Translations under genes and position numbers: made by a program | The notes under the pieces: generated by a model | The model's input: only the letters and a program-made list of their open reading frames with translations | Database searches by the model: none | What the model was told of the DNA's origin: nothing | Source: Candidatus Thioglobus autotrophicus | GTDB taxonomy: Bacteria > Pseudomonadota > Gammaproteobacteria > PS1 > Pseudothioglobaceae | DNA: 64,000 nt | Direction: 5' to 3' | NCBI GenBank assembly: GCA_022448455.1 | Contig: JAKUUR010000002.1 | Location: 10,241 to 74,240 of the forward strand | Shown here: positions 62,611-64,000 of the stretch, in pieces | Position numbering within the stretch: the first letter of the stretch is position 1 | How the letters are laid out: each line of letters begins with the position of its first letter

Positions 62611-64000
62611 CTAATTCAGTTTAACCAAAGCATCAACGGCAATTGCACCTTTTCCCTGAGGCAAAACTAGTAGCGGATTTATATCAAATTCAATGACTTC
62701 ATTTGAATTAATTAAATCGACCGCTGACATCACAGCATCAATCACAGCATCAATATCTCCAGCTGAGTGTCCACGATAACCTTCAAGTATCGGATATAAC
62801 TTCAACTCAGAAAGTGCTTCCAAAACACTATTTCTCTCAACCGGTAACAGCAATGGAATACTGTCGCTTAATAACTCAACCAAAACTCCGCCACTACCAA
62901 TTATCAAATATTTTCCAAATAAAGGGTCACAATTGGCACCGATAATTAATTCTGCTATAGCGCCCTCTATCATTTCTTCAACCAATAATGAAGGTCCAAT
63001 TTGTAGTAGCTCAGATACTGCTAATTTGAGCATCTCGGCATCTTTAATGTTAACTCTAATAGCCCCTGAATCACTCTTATGAACTAAGGCTTCACTTGAC
63101 ACCTTGACAGTGACTGGATAGCTCAACTTTTCTGCAGCCCTCAATGCACCTTCAATACTAGAAACTAACCCACCTTGAGGTATTGATAAGCCATACTTTG
63201 CCAATAATCGCTTTCCATCAAACTCAGTAAGCGTTTTATTGGTTTGCATTTTGCTTGAAACTGGAATGGAAACCTCTATAGGAGCTGAAGAGGTTCCATT
63301 AAAAGCTTGACCACACCTGTATGAATGATGTAGCGATTTTAGACAGGAATCCAAACCAATCATTGGCGCAATGCCACGTTTTTGGCATTCATCAATGATC
63401 CTTTTAGGCATACAATCGGCCATAGAAGCGAGAACGATAGCTTTTTTTCCTGTCTCTGTCGCTGCATCACACAGTGCATAGAAAGTATTATCCCAATCTT
63501 GTTGGCTAATTTTGTCAGTTCTTGGCCAATCTAACAGTAGCATGGTTGCGGCAAAGTCTCCACTCATCATTTGTTTAAAACAAGCCGCTGTACGATGACG
63601 ATCTCCCCAAACAAAAGTATGGTAATCTAAGGGATTATCTACTTCAACAAACTCATTCAATGTGTTTTGAATTCGCTCCTTGTGGTCATTTTTAAGACCT
63701 GAAAAACAGATATCTAAACCATCAATTAAATCAGCCATCATTCCCGCTTCTCCTCCTGAACAGCTCATTGATGCCACACCATTATGATCAATTGTGCCCA
63801 AAATGCTGAGCAACTTTAAAGTCTCTAAAAACTCAGGAACGGTATCAACTCTTGCTATTCCGAGACGATCAAATAAAACATCAAACAATTGATCTGCTCC
63901 CGTCAATGAACTAGTGTGGCTAAGAGCAATTTTGGAAGAGGTATTTGTTCGGCCAGTTTTAATAACGACGATAGGTATCTTTTTTTCTAACGCTCGGTGT
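62611..64000 (-). CDS. ADP-forming acyl-CoA synthetase (CoA-binding + ATP-grasp); 5' end outside the window
   Basis: Frame stays open from 63906 to 64000 (…KKIPIVVIKTGRT…IALSHTSSLTGADQ…), with the SH phospho-His motif; SCSGG, NPLD, HKSDSGAI, VEEMI, EFDINPLLV ATP-grasp motifs. Confidence 0.9.
   Translation of the reverse strand, partial: HRALEKKIPIVVIKTGRTNTSSKIALSHTSSLTGADQLFDVLFDRLGIARVDTVPEFLETLKLLSILGTIDHNGVASMSCSGGEAGMMADLIDGLDICFSGLKNDHKERIQNTLNEFVEVDNPLDYHTFVWGDRHRTAACFKQMMSGDFAATMLLLDWPRTDKISQQDWDNTFYALCDAATETGKKAIVLASMADCMPKRIIDECQKRGIAPMIGLDSCLKSLHHSYRCGQAFNGTSSAPIEVSIPVSSKMQTNKTLTEFDGKRLLAKYGLSIPQGGLVSSIEGALRAAEKLSYPVTVKVSSEALVHKSDSGAIRVNIKDAEMLKLAVSELLQIGPSLLVEEMIEGAIAELIIGANCDPLFGKYLIIGSGGVLVELLSDSIPLLLPVERNSVLEALSELKLYPILEGYRGHSAGDIDAVIDAVMSAVDLINSNEVIEFDINPLLVLPQGKGAIAVDALVKLN

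Overview
AT-rich (roughly high-30s % GC by eye, not computed), very densely coded bacterial chromosomal segment. Gene order and content point to a streamlined marine gammaproteobacterium, plausibly the SUP05 clade (Ca. Thioglobus/Pseudothioglobus); this is an inference, not a database result. The core is housekeeping: a complete 14-gene nuoA-N operon, yhdP-like/tldD, argB, yggS, hemW/rdgB, rpiA, pabC-mltG-tmk-holB-hemL, pepA, dsbC-rsmB and tig-clpP-clpX-hflX-lon. Both ends carry catabolic islets for unknown amine or zwitterionic-osmolyte substrates. The left end has a GmaS/GlnT-like gamma-glutamyl ligase, two different Rieske oxygenases, a 2-hydroxyacid dehydrogenase, glyoxalase I, an EutQ-like cupin, glycerate kinase and a DMT transporter. 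The right end has an enolase-superfamily enzyme, a GMC oxidoreductase, a betaine-type ABC transporter, an SDR, a CaiD-like hydratase and an ADP-forming acyl-CoA ligase. The middle holds a YeeE/YedE-TusA-DsrE sulfur-trafficking operon and an uncharacterised DUF1538-DUF1538-PII-like-CBS operon. The most unusual sequence-level signal is at the 5' end of a DUF4396-like gene (about 30446-30518, minus strand): an in-frame TGA, an A8 run and a SECIS-like hairpin, compatible with selenocysteine recoding, a -1 frameshift, or gene decay/assembly error. I saw no tRNA, rRNA, CRISPR array, IS element, phage gene or transcription-factor gene.
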